64,000 bases of DNA from Planctomycetota bacterium (GTDB lineage: Bacteria; Planctomycetota; SZUA-567; H5-PLA8): assembly GCA_038227875.1 (NCBI GenBank), contig JBBRPR010000013.1, forward strand, positions 32,001-96,000, given 5' to 3'. How positions within the stretch are numbered: position 1 is the stretch's first letter; every line of letters begins with the position of its first letter. The notes beneath the pieces were generated by a model. The model did no database searches, was not told the DNA's origin, and saw only the letters and a list, made by a program, of their open reading frames with translations. Positions 31,401 to 39,945 of this stretch are shown here, in pieces. The translations under genes were made by a program, and so were the position numbers.

Positions 31401-34400
31401 TTCCGTTGGCACCGGGGAGACTGGTGAAGGTCAAATTCGCGGTGTTGGGGATGGTGAATCCCACCAGCGGGTTGTTGATAACCTTTGCCGTGACTGTGAT
31501 CGTCACCACAGAAGGTCCGGAAGCAATGTCTACGACGGGATCGAGGCGATCGATGACGATGTCGGCAGTGCCCCCGATGCCAGTGGTGGTGGCTGCAGTG
31601 GAAACGGTGGAGGCCGTTGGGGCTGTGACACTAACCGAGATCAGATTTAGATTGGCGTTGAGCGCGTCAGTAACGTGTACGTCGTAAGCGGGAAAGCGGT
31701 TGTTCAGCGTGGCAGTGTTAGAGAACGTGATGGTGTACGTAATGGTGTCACCCGCATCGGCATTGGTTGTGGGCACGACGGTCTTGGTGAAATTTCTGAT
31801 GAGCGGTTCGCAGACCTGCACATTAACGGTGTTCGATGTCGCGCTGATCGTGAGGCCGGTGTTCTTTACGACGAAATTGTTACCTAGCGTTGTGGTTACA
31901 AGTGTACCGGCCTGATTATCAAACGCCTGATTTGCAGTGACGTTCAGCACTACTGCGTTGAATTCAACGATGACGTATTCGACGTTGCCATTGACGTTGT
32001 CGGTATTGGTCACGTCGCCAAACGCGAAGATCGGAGTGGCTCCGGCCGTGATGTTCGCCGCCGGGAGTATGGCTGTCGGAGTGGCCACGCTGGTCAGCGC
32101 GGGAGTGGCGGAGTTGATGCCCGAATCCGAAGAGGTCAGCGTTCCGGACGCGGAGACGAAAGCAAAATTAGTTTTTCCGGGAGTATTGATGAACTGCATT
32201 CCGGAGGGAAGATTGTCCGTGAATGTCAGGCCGCTGGTCTTGCCTTCGGGAATCTGCCAGGCCAGGCGGTAGCGGACGACTTCACCAATGGCCACTTCAT
32301 TGGCAATCAGATGCGTTTCGGACTGCGAAATCAGAGACTTGACCGGCACGGGACTGAGCACATTGCAAGTGGCGGTGCTCGCCGTGGTATAGTCGTTCAC
32401 GCCGCCGCTGCCATCGCGTTCCGTCGACGCGGCATTTGACGTCCGCAGGCCGGGCGTACCATTCAGGCTGGTCCAGGTGATCGTCGCAGGATCCGAGAGC
32501 ACTTGACCCGGCTGAACGGTGCCATCGAGCGTGCCGCTGACGATGATCGTGATCGTCGAATTCTTAAACATGTCAATATTGGTCGCGGCAGCCAGATTCA
32601 ACGTATTTCCCGTGAACGCGAAGCTGCCTGTGGTCGGAGCGGTGACACTGCCGTTAACCATGATCGTTCCGGTGCTCGCCACGGATACGACAGTCAGGCT
32701 CTGTAGCTGAGTGGGGAAGACATCCGCGAGGGTGATGTCGAATGCATCAGTGTCCGTCGCTGCGGCGCCGTTGGTGATGATCACCTGGTAAAACTGCGTA
32801 TCGAAAGCATCGGCTCCCGTGTACGTCGAGACATAACTTCCATTCACATTGGAGGTCTTGTTCGCGATGGTCAGCGTCGGTTCGATCACGGTCACGGAGG
32901 CCTGCTGCGCCGCCTGCGCGATCGGTGTAACCACGCCCAGCGGGCTGACGTAAGTGTAGCTGAAGACCATCGAATTCTTCAGCACGGTAGCGGTCTGATT
33001 TCCAATGACGTCCAGCACGATCGCGCGGTACTGGATCGTGATGGTATCGGCCACGGCGTCGTTGGCGTTACTGTTAACAATGTCGCCGAAGTCAAAGGTC
33101 AGCACCTGTCCGGCGATGGTCACATTCGTGGGGGTGGTGCCGGTGCCAGGCGTTCTCGTGGGCGAGACACCGGACGACAGGGTCACCGAGGTCACATCAA
33201 CGAAGCCGAGCCCCGCGCCAAGCGTATCGACGACCTTTGCGGCGGAGGTCGTGCCTTCCGGCACGGTCACCACCAATTGATACGTGACAAATTCACCGAT
33301 CACGGCGTGCGAGTTGTCGTTGTTCAAGCTGTTGATTTCGGTGCCGACCAGAATCTTCGTCGCGGAGGCCGGCGCGATTTCGATCTTCGCGCTGTCGGTG
33401 ATGCCGGCCGAGCCAACGAAATTCGGTCCGGACGGCGTGGATGTGTAGCTGGTCAGTGTGGCGGTGTTCGTGATGGTTTCCTTCGCGGTGGCCGTGGTTG
33501 CCACTTGCAGGTCGAAGAGAACCACGACGGCGTTGGAACCATCGGCAGTGGGAGTGTTGGATGCGTCCTGGCCGCGGTTGATCGCGCCAGTGCCGGGGGC
33601 CACGTTGTAATTGTCGATCAGCGTGATGGAGTAACCGCTGGCAGTGGTCGTCGCCGTGTAATCCGTGCCCGCGGTCATCACCGTGCCATCACCGCGGATC
33701 AGTGTCAGATTCAAACCGCCGGAGGAGACCACCATGTCCGTGGGATACGTATCAGAGAGCGAAACGTTGTACGAATCTCCGTGTCCAGTGTTCTGCAATA
33801 CCACCGCATAGCGAATGATGTCACCCGCATCCACCACGCCGGGATAGGTGGGCGAAATCAGGTCGCTGGCACCAATGGCCGCAGCCTGGGCAACAGTGGT
33901 AAGTTTGGTTCCGCCTGTAAACGCCGGCGCCAGCGGCGGCGCGGTGATCACTGGTCCGCCCACTGACAGGGGCGACAGGTTGACTCCGCCGGTCGACTTG
34001 GCGTAACTGACCACGCCCTTATAGATGGGCGTCAGTCCCGGTTCGCCGACGTGGACTTGGACGATCTTGTCGTCGTTGATCGGCGTGCCGGGCACCTGGG
34101 TGCTGTTTTCGGAGGACTGGGCCTGATTGGTGAGGAAGAGGTCGTCGGCGAAAGGCAGATTGGTGACGGTCACCGTGAAGAGCACGTCGACTTTCTGCTG
34201 CGTATTGGCGGTGTTGCTGAACGTGCCGTAGTTGAAGATGACCGTGTTGTTTCCGCTGGCATTATTGATCGTGACGAACGGCACCGCGCCCTGGTTGATC
34301 GGCGGCGGTTGAGCGATCAGCGTGCGGAAGGTTTCGGTCGGTCCAAATTTGACGTGGCCCGCCGCAGGCGCGGCAGCATTGATGAGATCGTCGAAAATGA

Positions 34401-36369
34401 ACGCGGCGTTGGAGCCGTTGGCCAGCGGATCGCCGACGAGGAAAATGGGCAGCGGGCAGAAGTCGTTGAGCTTCAGATTTTCAACGTCGCCCGTCGGCAG
34501 TGTGTATTCGAGTCGATAGGTGAGCTGGTCGCCCGGCAGGATGATCAGCGGACTGGGGAGCACCGTGCTGCCGTTGAGCGCGTAGATGGATTTGATCAGC
34601 TTGGGCGGCGCGATTTTTAATCCCGAACCGCTGGTGTCGGTCATCGAATTGCCAGTGGAGGCGAGTGTGTTGCTGGTGACATCCAGCACGTGGCCGGCGA
34701 CGGTGACGTTGTTGCTGATCGCATCGTTGGCATTCAGCGCCGGTTCGCCGCTGGGGAAATTGTTGGTGAACTTATCGTCAATAATGGCCTGATAGACGAT
34801 CTGCGCGGTGGTGCCGCTGTTGAATGTCAGAGGCGGTTTGTTGGGATTGGGGGGAATGAGCGCGCCGGTGCCGGTGTCGGGGATGCCGCCGCCGGGGAAC
34901 TTTCCCGGACTGGCGCCAAAGCCGCGCGAGACGGCTTCGCCGGAGATGTTCAGAATCAGCGTCGACTGTCCCGTCGTCACCAGGTCGCGGCTGAACGAAA
35001 AGTTGGCGCCGTTCATTGCCGCCGAAGCGGACGTTCCGCCATGGAGCGCGAACTGCGCGTTCGGCGAGGGCGGGATGTTGTAGTGCTGACCGTCGGAGAG
35101 CACATCAGTGATCACAACCGTGTCGTACGCGAAGTAATCGGAGACCTGTACGTTCAGCGTATAGAAAATCGTGTCGCCCGGAATCGGCCCAAGTGCACTC
35201 AAAGGTGAAGGAATCGAATTGCCCTTTTGAATTGCGATTGAGCGATCGATCAGCGTATCGGTCGTGGGCAACGCGGAAACCAGTACGTTCTGCGGATCGA
35301 GGGGATCGATCGGTTTCCAGAGAATGGAGGCATTGGTGGTGTTGACGCTGGTGCTGGGAGCGCCAGTGGCGGCGTTGAGCACGGGGTTGTTCGACGCGTC
35401 GAGACGCGGGACGTAGGCCGTGAAGACCATGGTCACGTCGGTGCCGGCCTGCGCCACAAAGTTAGCCGCGACAGGAGTGAGGCGCACCGTGATCGTTCCG
35501 CCGGGAATGCCGGGATTGGTTACCAGCGGGTTAGCGAAGATGCTCTGGTTAAACGCGCCGAATCCTCCCGCCACAGTCACCGAGTCGAGCGACACGAACT
35601 GCAGATTGTTGGGCAGCACGTCGGAGATGTCGACTTGCGTGACTTTCTGGCCGGTCGCGACATCGACGGTCACGGTGAACTGGCGGGGAAAGTTAGGGCC
35701 GGTCGCCGTTTCGCTTTCCGGGGCGTTGTTCTTGACGGCCGCGGTCAGCACCGTCGGCGTCACCGTCGTTGAGACCGGCGCGCCCTGGATCAGCGTGGGA
35801 TCGCCGCTGGCGGCGTTGTCGAGCGGATCGTTGCCGAACTGAAATCCGGCGCGTGCGTAGGCCTTCATGCCGACGTTGACGTCGGCGCGGTTGTCCATCG
35901 TGGCGTTGACGGTGACCACGGCGGGTGGCTGCGTGGGCGTGAAACTTCCGAACGGCAGCTGGATCACGACAAACTGGTCGCCGGTCCGGGCGCCGGGGAA
36001 ACTGGCGAAGTCGATTACCATCGGATTGCCCAAATTGTCTTTGGCGTAGGGATGATACTGGGTAGTGGCGGTGTTGAGGGTGATCACAGTCGACACCAGC
36101 GGAGCGCCGAGGAACGTGGCGCTGCCAAATGAAATGCCGTCGTAGCCGTCGGTGCCCGTGGTCGGAAGAACAAGGTCAATGTACGGACCGTAACCGGTGA
36201 TCGTAAGCGACGGATTCGAGAAGCTCAGCGAATAGGAAACTGGATCGCCAATGAATGGTGTCGCAGTCGGCGTGGAGATGGTCACGGTAGGCTGCGCATT
36301 CGCAGCAAAGAGAGCCGGAGTAATGACGAGCGCACTGACAACCAGAAACCAGGATGGACGCAACCGCAT
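25432..36369 (-). CDS. Giant secreted surface adhesin (~3645 aa): isopeptide-forming/DUF11-type Ig-like repeats, SdrD B-like domains, tandem DUF11 repeats, C-terminal domain
   Basis: GGGAGG RBS before ATG 36369; signal peptide; repeated GD.ITYTI...D.LP.G...NTA modules; three ISGFVFHD.NN / GTVYDD.D / GYVYHD.NN SdrD-B modules; DLSLTK repeats. Confidence 0.92.
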   Translation of the reverse strand: MRLRPSWFLVVSALVITPALFAANAQPTVTISTPTATPFIGDPVSYSLSFSNPSLTITGYGPYIDLVLPTTGTDGYDGISFGSATFLGAPLVSTVITLNTATTQYHPYAKDNLGNPMVIDFASFPGARTGDQFVVIQLPFGSFTPTQPPAVVTVNATMDNRADVNVGMKAYARAGFQFGNDPLDNAASGDPTLIQGAPVSTTVTPTVLTAAVKNNAPESETATGPNFPRQFTVTVDVATGQKVTQVDISDVLPNNLQFVSLDSVTVAGGFGAFNQSIFANPLVTNPGIPGGTITVRLTPVAANFVAQAGTDVTMVFTAYVPRLDASNNPVLNAATGAPSTSVNTTNASILWKPIDPLDPQNVLVSALPTTDTLIDRSIAIQKGNSIPSPLSALGPIPGDTIFYTLNVQVSDYFAYDTVVITDVLSDGQHYNIPPSPNAQFALHGGTSASAAMNGANFSFSRDLVTTGQSTLILNISGEAVSRGFGASPGKFPGGGIPDTGTGALIPPNPNKPPLTFNSGTTAQIVYQAIIDDKFTNNFPSGEPALNANDAISNNVTVAGHVLDVTSNTLASTGNSMTDTSGSGLKIAPPKLIKSIYALNGSTVLPSPLIILPGDQLTYRLEYTLPTGDVENLKLNDFCPLPIFLVGDPLANGSNAAFIFDDLINAAAPAAGHVKFGPTETFRTLIAQPPPINQGAVPFVTINNASGNNTVIFNYGTFSNTANTQQKVDVLFTVTVTNLPFADDLFLTNQAQSSENSTQVPGTPINDDKIVQVHVGEPGLTPIYKGVVSYAKSTGGVNLSPLSVGGPVITAPPLAPAFTGGTKLTTVAQAAAIGASDLISPTYPGVVDAGDIIRYAVVLQNTGHGDSYNVSLSDTYPTDMVVSSGGLNLTLIRGDGTVMTAGTDYTATTTASGYSITLIDNYNVAPGTGAINRGQDASNTPTADGSNAVVVLFDLQVATTATAKETITNTATLTSYTSTPSGPNFVGSAGITDSAKIEIAPASATKILVGTEINSLNNDNSHAVIGEFVTYQLVVTVPEGTTSAAKVVDTLGAGLGFVDVTSVTLSSGVSPTRTPGTGTTPTNVTIAGQVLTFDFGDIVNSNANDAVADTITIQYRAIVLDVIGNQTATVLKNSMVFSYTYVSPLGVVTPIAQAAQQASVTVIEPTLTIANKTSNVNGSYVSTYTGADAFDTQFYQVIITNGAAATDTDAFDITLADVFPTQLQSLTVVSVASTGTIMVNGSVTAPTTGSFAFTGNTLNLAAATNIDMFKNSTITIIVSGTLDGTVQPGQVLSDPATITWTSLNGTPGLRTSNAASTERDGSGGVNDYTTASTATCNVLSPVPVKSLISQSETHLIANEVAIGEVVRYRLAWQIPEGKTSGLTFTDNLPSGMQFINTPGKTNFAFVSASGTLTSSDSGINSATPALTSVATPTAILPAANITAGATPIFAFGDVTNTDNVNGNVEYVIVEFNAVVLNVTANQAFDNQAGTLVTTTLGNNFVVKNTGLTISATSNTVNVQVCEPLIRNFTKTVVPTTNADAGDTITYTITFSNTATLNNRFPAYDVHVTDALNANLNLISVSVTAPTASTVSTAATTTGIGGTADIVIDRLDPVVDIASGPSVVTITVTAKVINNPLVGFTIPNTANLTFTSLPGANGTTSNPTGSPTPGGAGTATGERDGSNGSGTDAAKLNNYAKSASVSTTLGVPSIDARYKDGSITNDDTNVASSTGASIVVGEAATYDILVTLAEGTNKAVVVRDLLPAGLRFDQTFNSGAGFQIITAAASSGGQLAADFSDPGSLGAVVLGNGSGSGTLGNDGIGPKFTFGDVVVTADNATNNNQFIIRMQVISTDVTTNRTGQNLVGVATLDYTNPNTGSTATIADSNNANNPQFTIVEPILTVVKNVSAPAADAGDPLTYTITIGNVSGQTAYDVKLGDTLPVELTSPVINSVTGAATTANFQIVTVGPNQVLQSDPAVTLDLATGTSVVITVSGSLSASVSPGQQINNTANVFWTSTSQTKVANPDERTGQSVPNPVSGTINNAFLDNYAISSTVATTSVSQVIVSKAIVATSEASTANANVTIGEKITYRLTVSVPEGTINNFRITDNIPAGQQYLAGTIALSTFCPANIAAAHPGINNRTNSTPFAGTVSAPTEVGGPFVNGTVVNFDFGAINNPGNNSLEDNTFFFTYQTVVLDVPGNIGFTGSQTTMTNAGTSNIQPAGAPSAILVDPNNPPNTFGVTTTCVEPKMGIVKNIVQTVADAGDTVNVSLTVTNTGTSTSFDTIIQDQLDPTQFVIGSVAPITTAAGFTFSISGGGLIQYTGGTMPFTGAGSTATFTFTVALKTTLTPSQVVSNTATVTQATTLPGVDAGERNEPPVSSTDTLTIRANSISGFVFHDVNNNANIDVGDTGLGNVTVTLTGTDYLGNPVTLTTTTNPGVPLGGYTFGNLRPGTYSIVVTHPVGYIDGKNKAGTPVGGTSGGFGSNQITNIVIPTGATSNGINYNFGELLPSSLGGTVYDDRDASKTFNAGDVGINGVIVTLTGTDDTGASIGSVVLTTAGAGAYNFTGLRPGTYTITETQPVAFADYFDNVGSQGSGTVTAPPGDAISNITLNENVTGTNNNFGERQFANINGYVYHDANNDGLKTGAEIGLSGNTINLTGNDDLGNAVSLTINTDVNGFFSFLGLRPSDVSGYTLTEPTNPPGYSSGINTVGTQGGTTFSAPNDHINLNLPAGVTAANYLFGKHFITCDLSLTKTVDIPNPNINDVITYTITVFNSGPDTATNVAVTDVLPAGISFVSSLASQGSYNNGTSIWTVGTIASGANKTLQIKATVLTVSAVTNTAQVSACDQPDPDSTPGNNAPGEDDQASVTIAGQIVDLSLTKVVDITNPNINDVITYTITVSNAGPNTATNVAVTDILPAGVGFVGSTPSQGSYVSGTGIWTVGTLAKNGSATLLIQATVLTVNAVTNTAEVTACDQPDSDSTPNNHLPSEDDQASATIAGQIVDLSLTKVVDITNPNINDVVTFTIQVSNAGPNTATNVAVTDVLPAALGFVSATPSQGSFVSGTGIWTVGTLTSNGNATLQLKATVLTVNAVTNTAEVTACDQPDSDSTPNNHVPTEDDQASATIAAQLVDLSLTKVIDNSTPNLNDVVTYTVKVSNAGPNTATHVDVTDVLPAGLVFVGSTPSQGSFVNGTGLWSVGTLTSNGNATLQIQAKVITVNAITNTAEVTACDQPDIDSTPNNHVPTEDDQASVTTLAEKMNLAVTKVVDNNHPSRVDLATFTIKVTNQGPNTATSVVYTDLLPVGLDFVSATASQGSYDAASGKWTLGTLINGASATLTVGTHLTVINSLTNVVSLTSSDQPDTNPDDNTASATVTPQLADLMLTKTVDSTKVDFGGIATYTITLTNAGPDIATNVAVSDQLPAGLEYVSSSATQGAFASDTGIWTVGTVKVGEVKVLTLATKVVQEGEIMNVAQVSSSDQMDPNSTPNDSVIDQNDLSMVSLSGGSDLKVNAVQCFAARFNFRKANADRLVFLTTLALPADFNPANLPTQFRLNGYIFNATLDAKGRYRTRNAIVQVQRSGKNWRVQLTLSNMDIQHSMTGVVNADVKATALAPAQISVKLGASTYGVRSPQTYKARKNVGGQLYH
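25870..28135 (-). repeat. Six tandem DUF11-type coding repeats, mostly with a 384-bp (128-aa) period
   Basis: Equivalent positions at 28119, 27735, 27351, 26967 and 26583; the central copies are near-identical at DNA level. Confidence 0.9.
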
Positions 36370-36552
36370 CGTTCCTCCCAAAGATATTCTCAAAGCTGCG
36401 AAAATCCAAAGTTGCAACAACACAACATCCCGTAACGGCGACTCACCGTTTCCCCAAACCATGTGTAATGGTGGGAACTACGAAACTAGAAGTTCTCGAC
36501 GATCGGTCGTTGAACCACCCAATTTGCGACGGTTTGCTCTGCGCCTAACAGA

Positions 36553-36570
36553 ACGCAAAGAACATGCCCG
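36553..36570 (-). promoter_or_regulatory. Candidate sigma54 -24/-12 promoter of the giant adhesin
   Basis: Minus strand CGGGCATGTTCTTTGCGT (GG-N10-GC) about 185 bp upstream of the ATG, with an AT-rich tract further upstream. Confidence 0.35.
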
Positions 36571-36758
36571 TGATTGGATCTGCCTGACTAATCAAGCAAC
36601 CTCATACGCTCAATCACTTTCGAACTATAAAATTTATTTCAATTTTGTGTGATTGGGGGCTTAACTGTCGCAGGATGATGTCGATGATGTTGAATCTGCG
36701 CCACAAACAACTACGCCCAGTGGAATTAATGCCTCAGCGCTTGGCCGAATTTTCCGGA

Positions 36759-37529
36759 CTATCTTGCCACTAGAACGAAAACGCGTGTGTATTGCAGTGT
36801 CACTCTTGAAGCTTCGTTGGGTGGGTATGCGGCGCATATTCTCCCGGTATAGTCCCTGAGAAATTCGTTTTGGTCCGCTGGGTTGAGGGCTTCGAGATAG
36901 GGGCGCAGTCCCGTGCCGCGAATCCATTGAACGATGTGTTCGGCGTTGGGCAGAAGGTGTTCGTAAACCGTCTCCCAGGACTTCACGTTGGAATTTCCTT
37001 CGACCAGACCGTAGTAGGCCAGGCCAGACGGCGGTGGTTCGGGCGGCAGAGTCACGTCCTTCAACTTCTGCGCCCACTTGGGTTGAATCGACAGCTCCCG
37101 GGCGACGAGATGAATTGGAAGCTGACGGGCGCGCGGCATTTGTGCGGCTAAAACGCCGCCCGAGTTCAGAAATCCTGTCAGCCGCTTCATCACCGGGATT
37201 AGATTTTCAATCCACTGCAGCGACGCGTTGGCGAAGATCAGATCGAACTTTTCGGCGGGCTGCCAGGTCGCGATGTCGTCGTGGAAGAATTCGCAGCCGC
37301 TCACCCGTTTCCGCGCGGTGGCGAGCATCTCCACGGAATTGTCCATCGCCCAAAGCCTGGCGCGCGGAAATTCTCTCGCCAGCAACTCCGTCGAATTGCC
37401 GGGACCGCAGCCCAGATCGATAATGCGCTGGGGCTCGCGGTTGGGCAACCGCGCGATCAAGTCTGCGCACGGCTGATTCCGTTCGGCCTCGAATTTTTTA
37501 TACAGCTCTGGTTCCCAGGAAAAGCTCAT
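36759..37529 (-). CDS. tam: Trans-aconitate 2-methyltransferase-like SAM methyltransferase
   Basis: W.PELY.KF..ER.QP..DL, IDLGCGPGNST, FDLIFANASLQW, GTGLRPYL. Confidence 0.88.
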   Translation of the reverse strand: MSFSWEPELYKKFEAERNQPCADLIARLPNREPQRIIDLGCGPGNSTELLAREFPRARLWAMDNSVEMLATARKRVSGCEFFHDDIATWQPAEKFDLIFANASLQWIENLIPVMKRLTGFLNSGGVLAAQMPRARQLPIHLVARELSIQPKWAQKLKDVTLPPEPPPSGLAYYGLVEGNSNVKSWETVYEHLLPNAEHIVQWIRGTGLRPYLEALNPADQNEFLRDYTGRICAAYPPNEASRVTLQYTRVFVLVAR

Positions 37530-37869
37530 GGTATTGCGCAACCTCTTCGTTCGAAATTGTGTTGAACCTTCACGGCCGAGGAGTGAGGCTTTCAACCCTC
37601 GGATAAATTTATACCGACGGTCCCACGCGAATCATCACAAAGTGTGTCCTTCCCGCCTGTAAAATATATATTTTAAACTTTTCGATTCGTACGGCTTTAC
37701 CTTCGAAGTGTGATATAGTTAATTCAGCAAAAGGCTGCTGTTCATACCAGGCCCGATGCGCTGGCGGTCGTAAGTTTCTCATCTTCTGCTTCCACGATTG
37801 ACAGTTCAGTGAGTTGCGTGCTGGCTTTCCATTTTGGCAAGCCAAACAGTCGTATTGGAGTTCATGTTC

Positions 37870-38130
37870 ATGTCGCTATCCAAAGCCCGGCAGATTGAAA
37901 GCAGAAACGACGCCCGCAAAGCGCGCTTGTCCGATGCGGTGCTGCTCGATGTTTTCATGCGTCGCCGCAAGATCTGTCTCGACAGCGGCTACTCGCTGGT
38001 CGCCGCCAGTGACGAAGCGCACGAAGCGGTCGACGAAGTCCAGCGCCGCTCCGCAAACCCCATTGCCCCCGATCCCCTTGAACTGGAACGCACTGCCCGG
38101 AATGCCGGGAAGTGGGCTAACGAAATCTGA
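37870..38130 (+). CDS. Small hypothetical protein (86 aa)
   Basis: GGAG RBS at 37857-37860; coding-like codon usage; first of three co-oriented small ORFs. Confidence 0.5.
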   Translation: MSLSKARQIESRNDARKARLSDAVLLDVFMRRRKICLDSGYSLVAASDEAHEAVDEVQRRSANPIAPDPLELERTARNAGKWANEI

Positions 38131-38168
38131 CCGTCCCTCGTCAAACCAAACCGATTGGAGCATCACTT

Positions 38169-38384
38169 ATGTACAGACTGGCTATTCGCTATATGGGCCG
38201 AGATAAGGACGACACGATCACGGCCAGCGTCGCCGAAGAAGCGGCCACGAAATTCCGCGCGGAGTTCGCCGACCCGAAGAACACGTCCGCCTTTGTCACG
38301 GTCGAGGCGCTGGATAAAACCATCATCCTCCGCCGTGACAGCATCATTTGCATCACCGTCGCACTGGACAACCGCGACCGCTGA
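38169..38384 (+). CDS. Small hypothetical protein (71 aa)
   Basis: GGAG RBS 8 nt upstream of the ATG; high GC at third codon positions. Confidence 0.6.
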   Translation: MYRLAIRYMGRDKDDTITASVAEEAATKFRAEFADPKNTSAFVTVEALDKTIILRRDSIICITVALDNRDR

Positions 38385-38418
38385 AGTTCACACCTATTCT
38401 CGCCACTAGAAGGAATTG

Positions 38419-38778
38419 ATGATCATGGACCACCCCCTCCCGCCCCCCGGCGAGGATTTTCCGTTCGAAATGGATCTCCGCCCGTTCTCGGAACAGCGGG
38501 CCGGCGCTCATCGCGTCAGCTTTGCGCGCAATCCCGATCGACTGATTCCCAGCCTCGCACCGGGAGCGGGTTCGGTGGACGTGACCTGGCCGGTCGAACG
38601 CCATGAGACGTGGTACTGCGACAACGCGGTGAATCCGCTGACGCACCCGCACATCGCTCCGTACCTGTATTCCTCGTCGCAATCGGCCCGCGAACACTCC
38701 AAACAGATTTCGACTGTTGATGTCTGGTTTGCCGGGCGTGCCTGGGCGATTGTCGACGTGTCGACGCCCGTCGCGTAA
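38419..38778 (+). CDS. Small hypothetical protein (~119 aa)
   Basis: AAGGA RBS; high GC at third codon positions. Confidence 0.55.
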   Translation: MIMDHPLPPPGEDFPFEMDLRPFSEQRAGAHRVSFARNPDRLIPSLAPGAGSVDVTWPVERHETWYCDNAVNPLTHPHIAPYLYSSSQSAREHSKQISTVDVWFAGRAWAIVDVSTPVA

Positions 38779-38808
38779 CGCAAGCAAGGGATTTATCAAC
38801 GGGCTGCG

Positions 38809-39870
38809 CTACTTCGATTTGGGCTCGAGCGTCTTCTCGGGCTGATTCATGGCGGGACGAACTTTTTGATGTCGCGGAGTCCCTGGAGGATGGTGCTCCA
38901 GGTGGTTGGCGTTTTTCAACGGGCAGACAGTATTAAAGAAGGTCCGCAGCGCGTTGTCGTAGGCCTTGGCGTCTTGAATTCCGATATCGGCGTGCGCACA
39001 GTCCGACAATTCGATGAACTGTTTCGGAACCTCGCGGGCCGCTTCCGGCGCCGCGTCAAAAAGTTGCCGGCCCAAGCCGATCGGCACCAGCGTGTCGCAT
39101 GTACCATGGAGCATCAGGAGTGGGCACTCGACACTTCCGATCCGATCGATCGACGAAAAATTCTGATTCAATATCAACGAGACGGGAATGAACGGATAAA
39201 GCCGCTGCGCCACCTCCAGCATTCGCGGGAACGTGCCTTCCACGACCAATCCGGCCGGCGGCGTCTTCTGCGCGCTCAGTTCGGATGCCAGCCGGATCGC
39301 CACGGCGCCACCCATCGACTCGCCATGAATCACGATCGATTCCGGCTTCACATTTTTCTTCTGCAGGTAATCCCACGCGGCCCGGGCGTCCAGGGCCAGG
39401 CCTTCTTCGGAAGGGCTGCCGCCGCTGTCGCCGTAGCCGCGGTAATCGAAGCAGATCACTTCTGCGCCGAGCGCCGAAAGCCGCCGGAATTTCACGTCGC
39501 GGTAGCTCCGGTTGCCGCGGTTGCCGGTAAAAAACAACACGACCAGCCGTGCCTTCGACAGATCTGCGCGTTGGCCCCCGATCGCCGAAACATGCCAGCC
39601 GCGCAGCGTGATGCCATCGCTGGTCGTCGTTTGAAGATCTTGAGCCTGCTGCGGCGCGAAGCCGTTGTCGACGGCCGTAAGCGCGGTTTCGACCGTGGGC
39701 CGGAAGATCATGCTCTTTTGAAACAGCCACAACCCCACGACCAGCAGCACGTACGCCACGACCAGGCCCACCGCCGCACGAACCGCATAGCGGCCCCACG
39801 GTCGCCGAGGCTTGCCTTCGAGAGCCTGCGCCGCCTGCGCAAATCGCTCCGCCTGTGTCAGTTCCGCCAT
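38809..39870 (-). CDS. Membrane-anchored alpha/beta hydrolase (Bem46/ABHD-like)
   Basis: N-terminal TM; DYRGYG.S.G.PSEEGL; GESMG nucleophile; HGTCD and H of the catalytic triad. Confidence 0.9.
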   Translation of the reverse strand: MAELTQAERFAQAAQALEGKPRRPWGRYAVRAAVGLVVAYVLLVVGLWLFQKSMIFRPTVETALTAVDNGFAPQQAQDLQTTTSDGITLRGWHVSAIGGQRADLSKARLVVLFFTGNRGNRSYRDVKFRRLSALGAEVICFDYRGYGDSGGSPSEEGLALDARAAWDYLQKKNVKPESIVIHGESMGGAVAIRLASELSAQKTPPAGLVVEGTFPRMLEVAQRLYPFIPVSLILNQNFSSIDRIGSVECPLLMLHGTCDTLVPIGLGRQLFDAAPEAAREVPKQFIELSDCAHADIGIQDAKAYDNALRTFFNTVCPLKNANHLEHHPPGTPRHQKVRPAMNQPEKTLEPKSK

Positions 39871-39945
39871 AGTTCCTCAACGCCAACTCAACACTAAAGA
39901 CTACTCGCGCTCACTTCCAATCTAACCGCCATCCCCCCGCTCAAG

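Noticed and set aside
25582..31650. Very long plus-strand ORFs (1287 aa, 643 aa) opposite the adhesin
   Set aside because: Antisense shadows caused by high-GC codon bias; no protein motifs.
37609..37845. 78-aa minus-strand ORF in the AT-rich region
   Set aside because: Atypical codon usage and weak start; more likely promoter DNA or decayed sequence.
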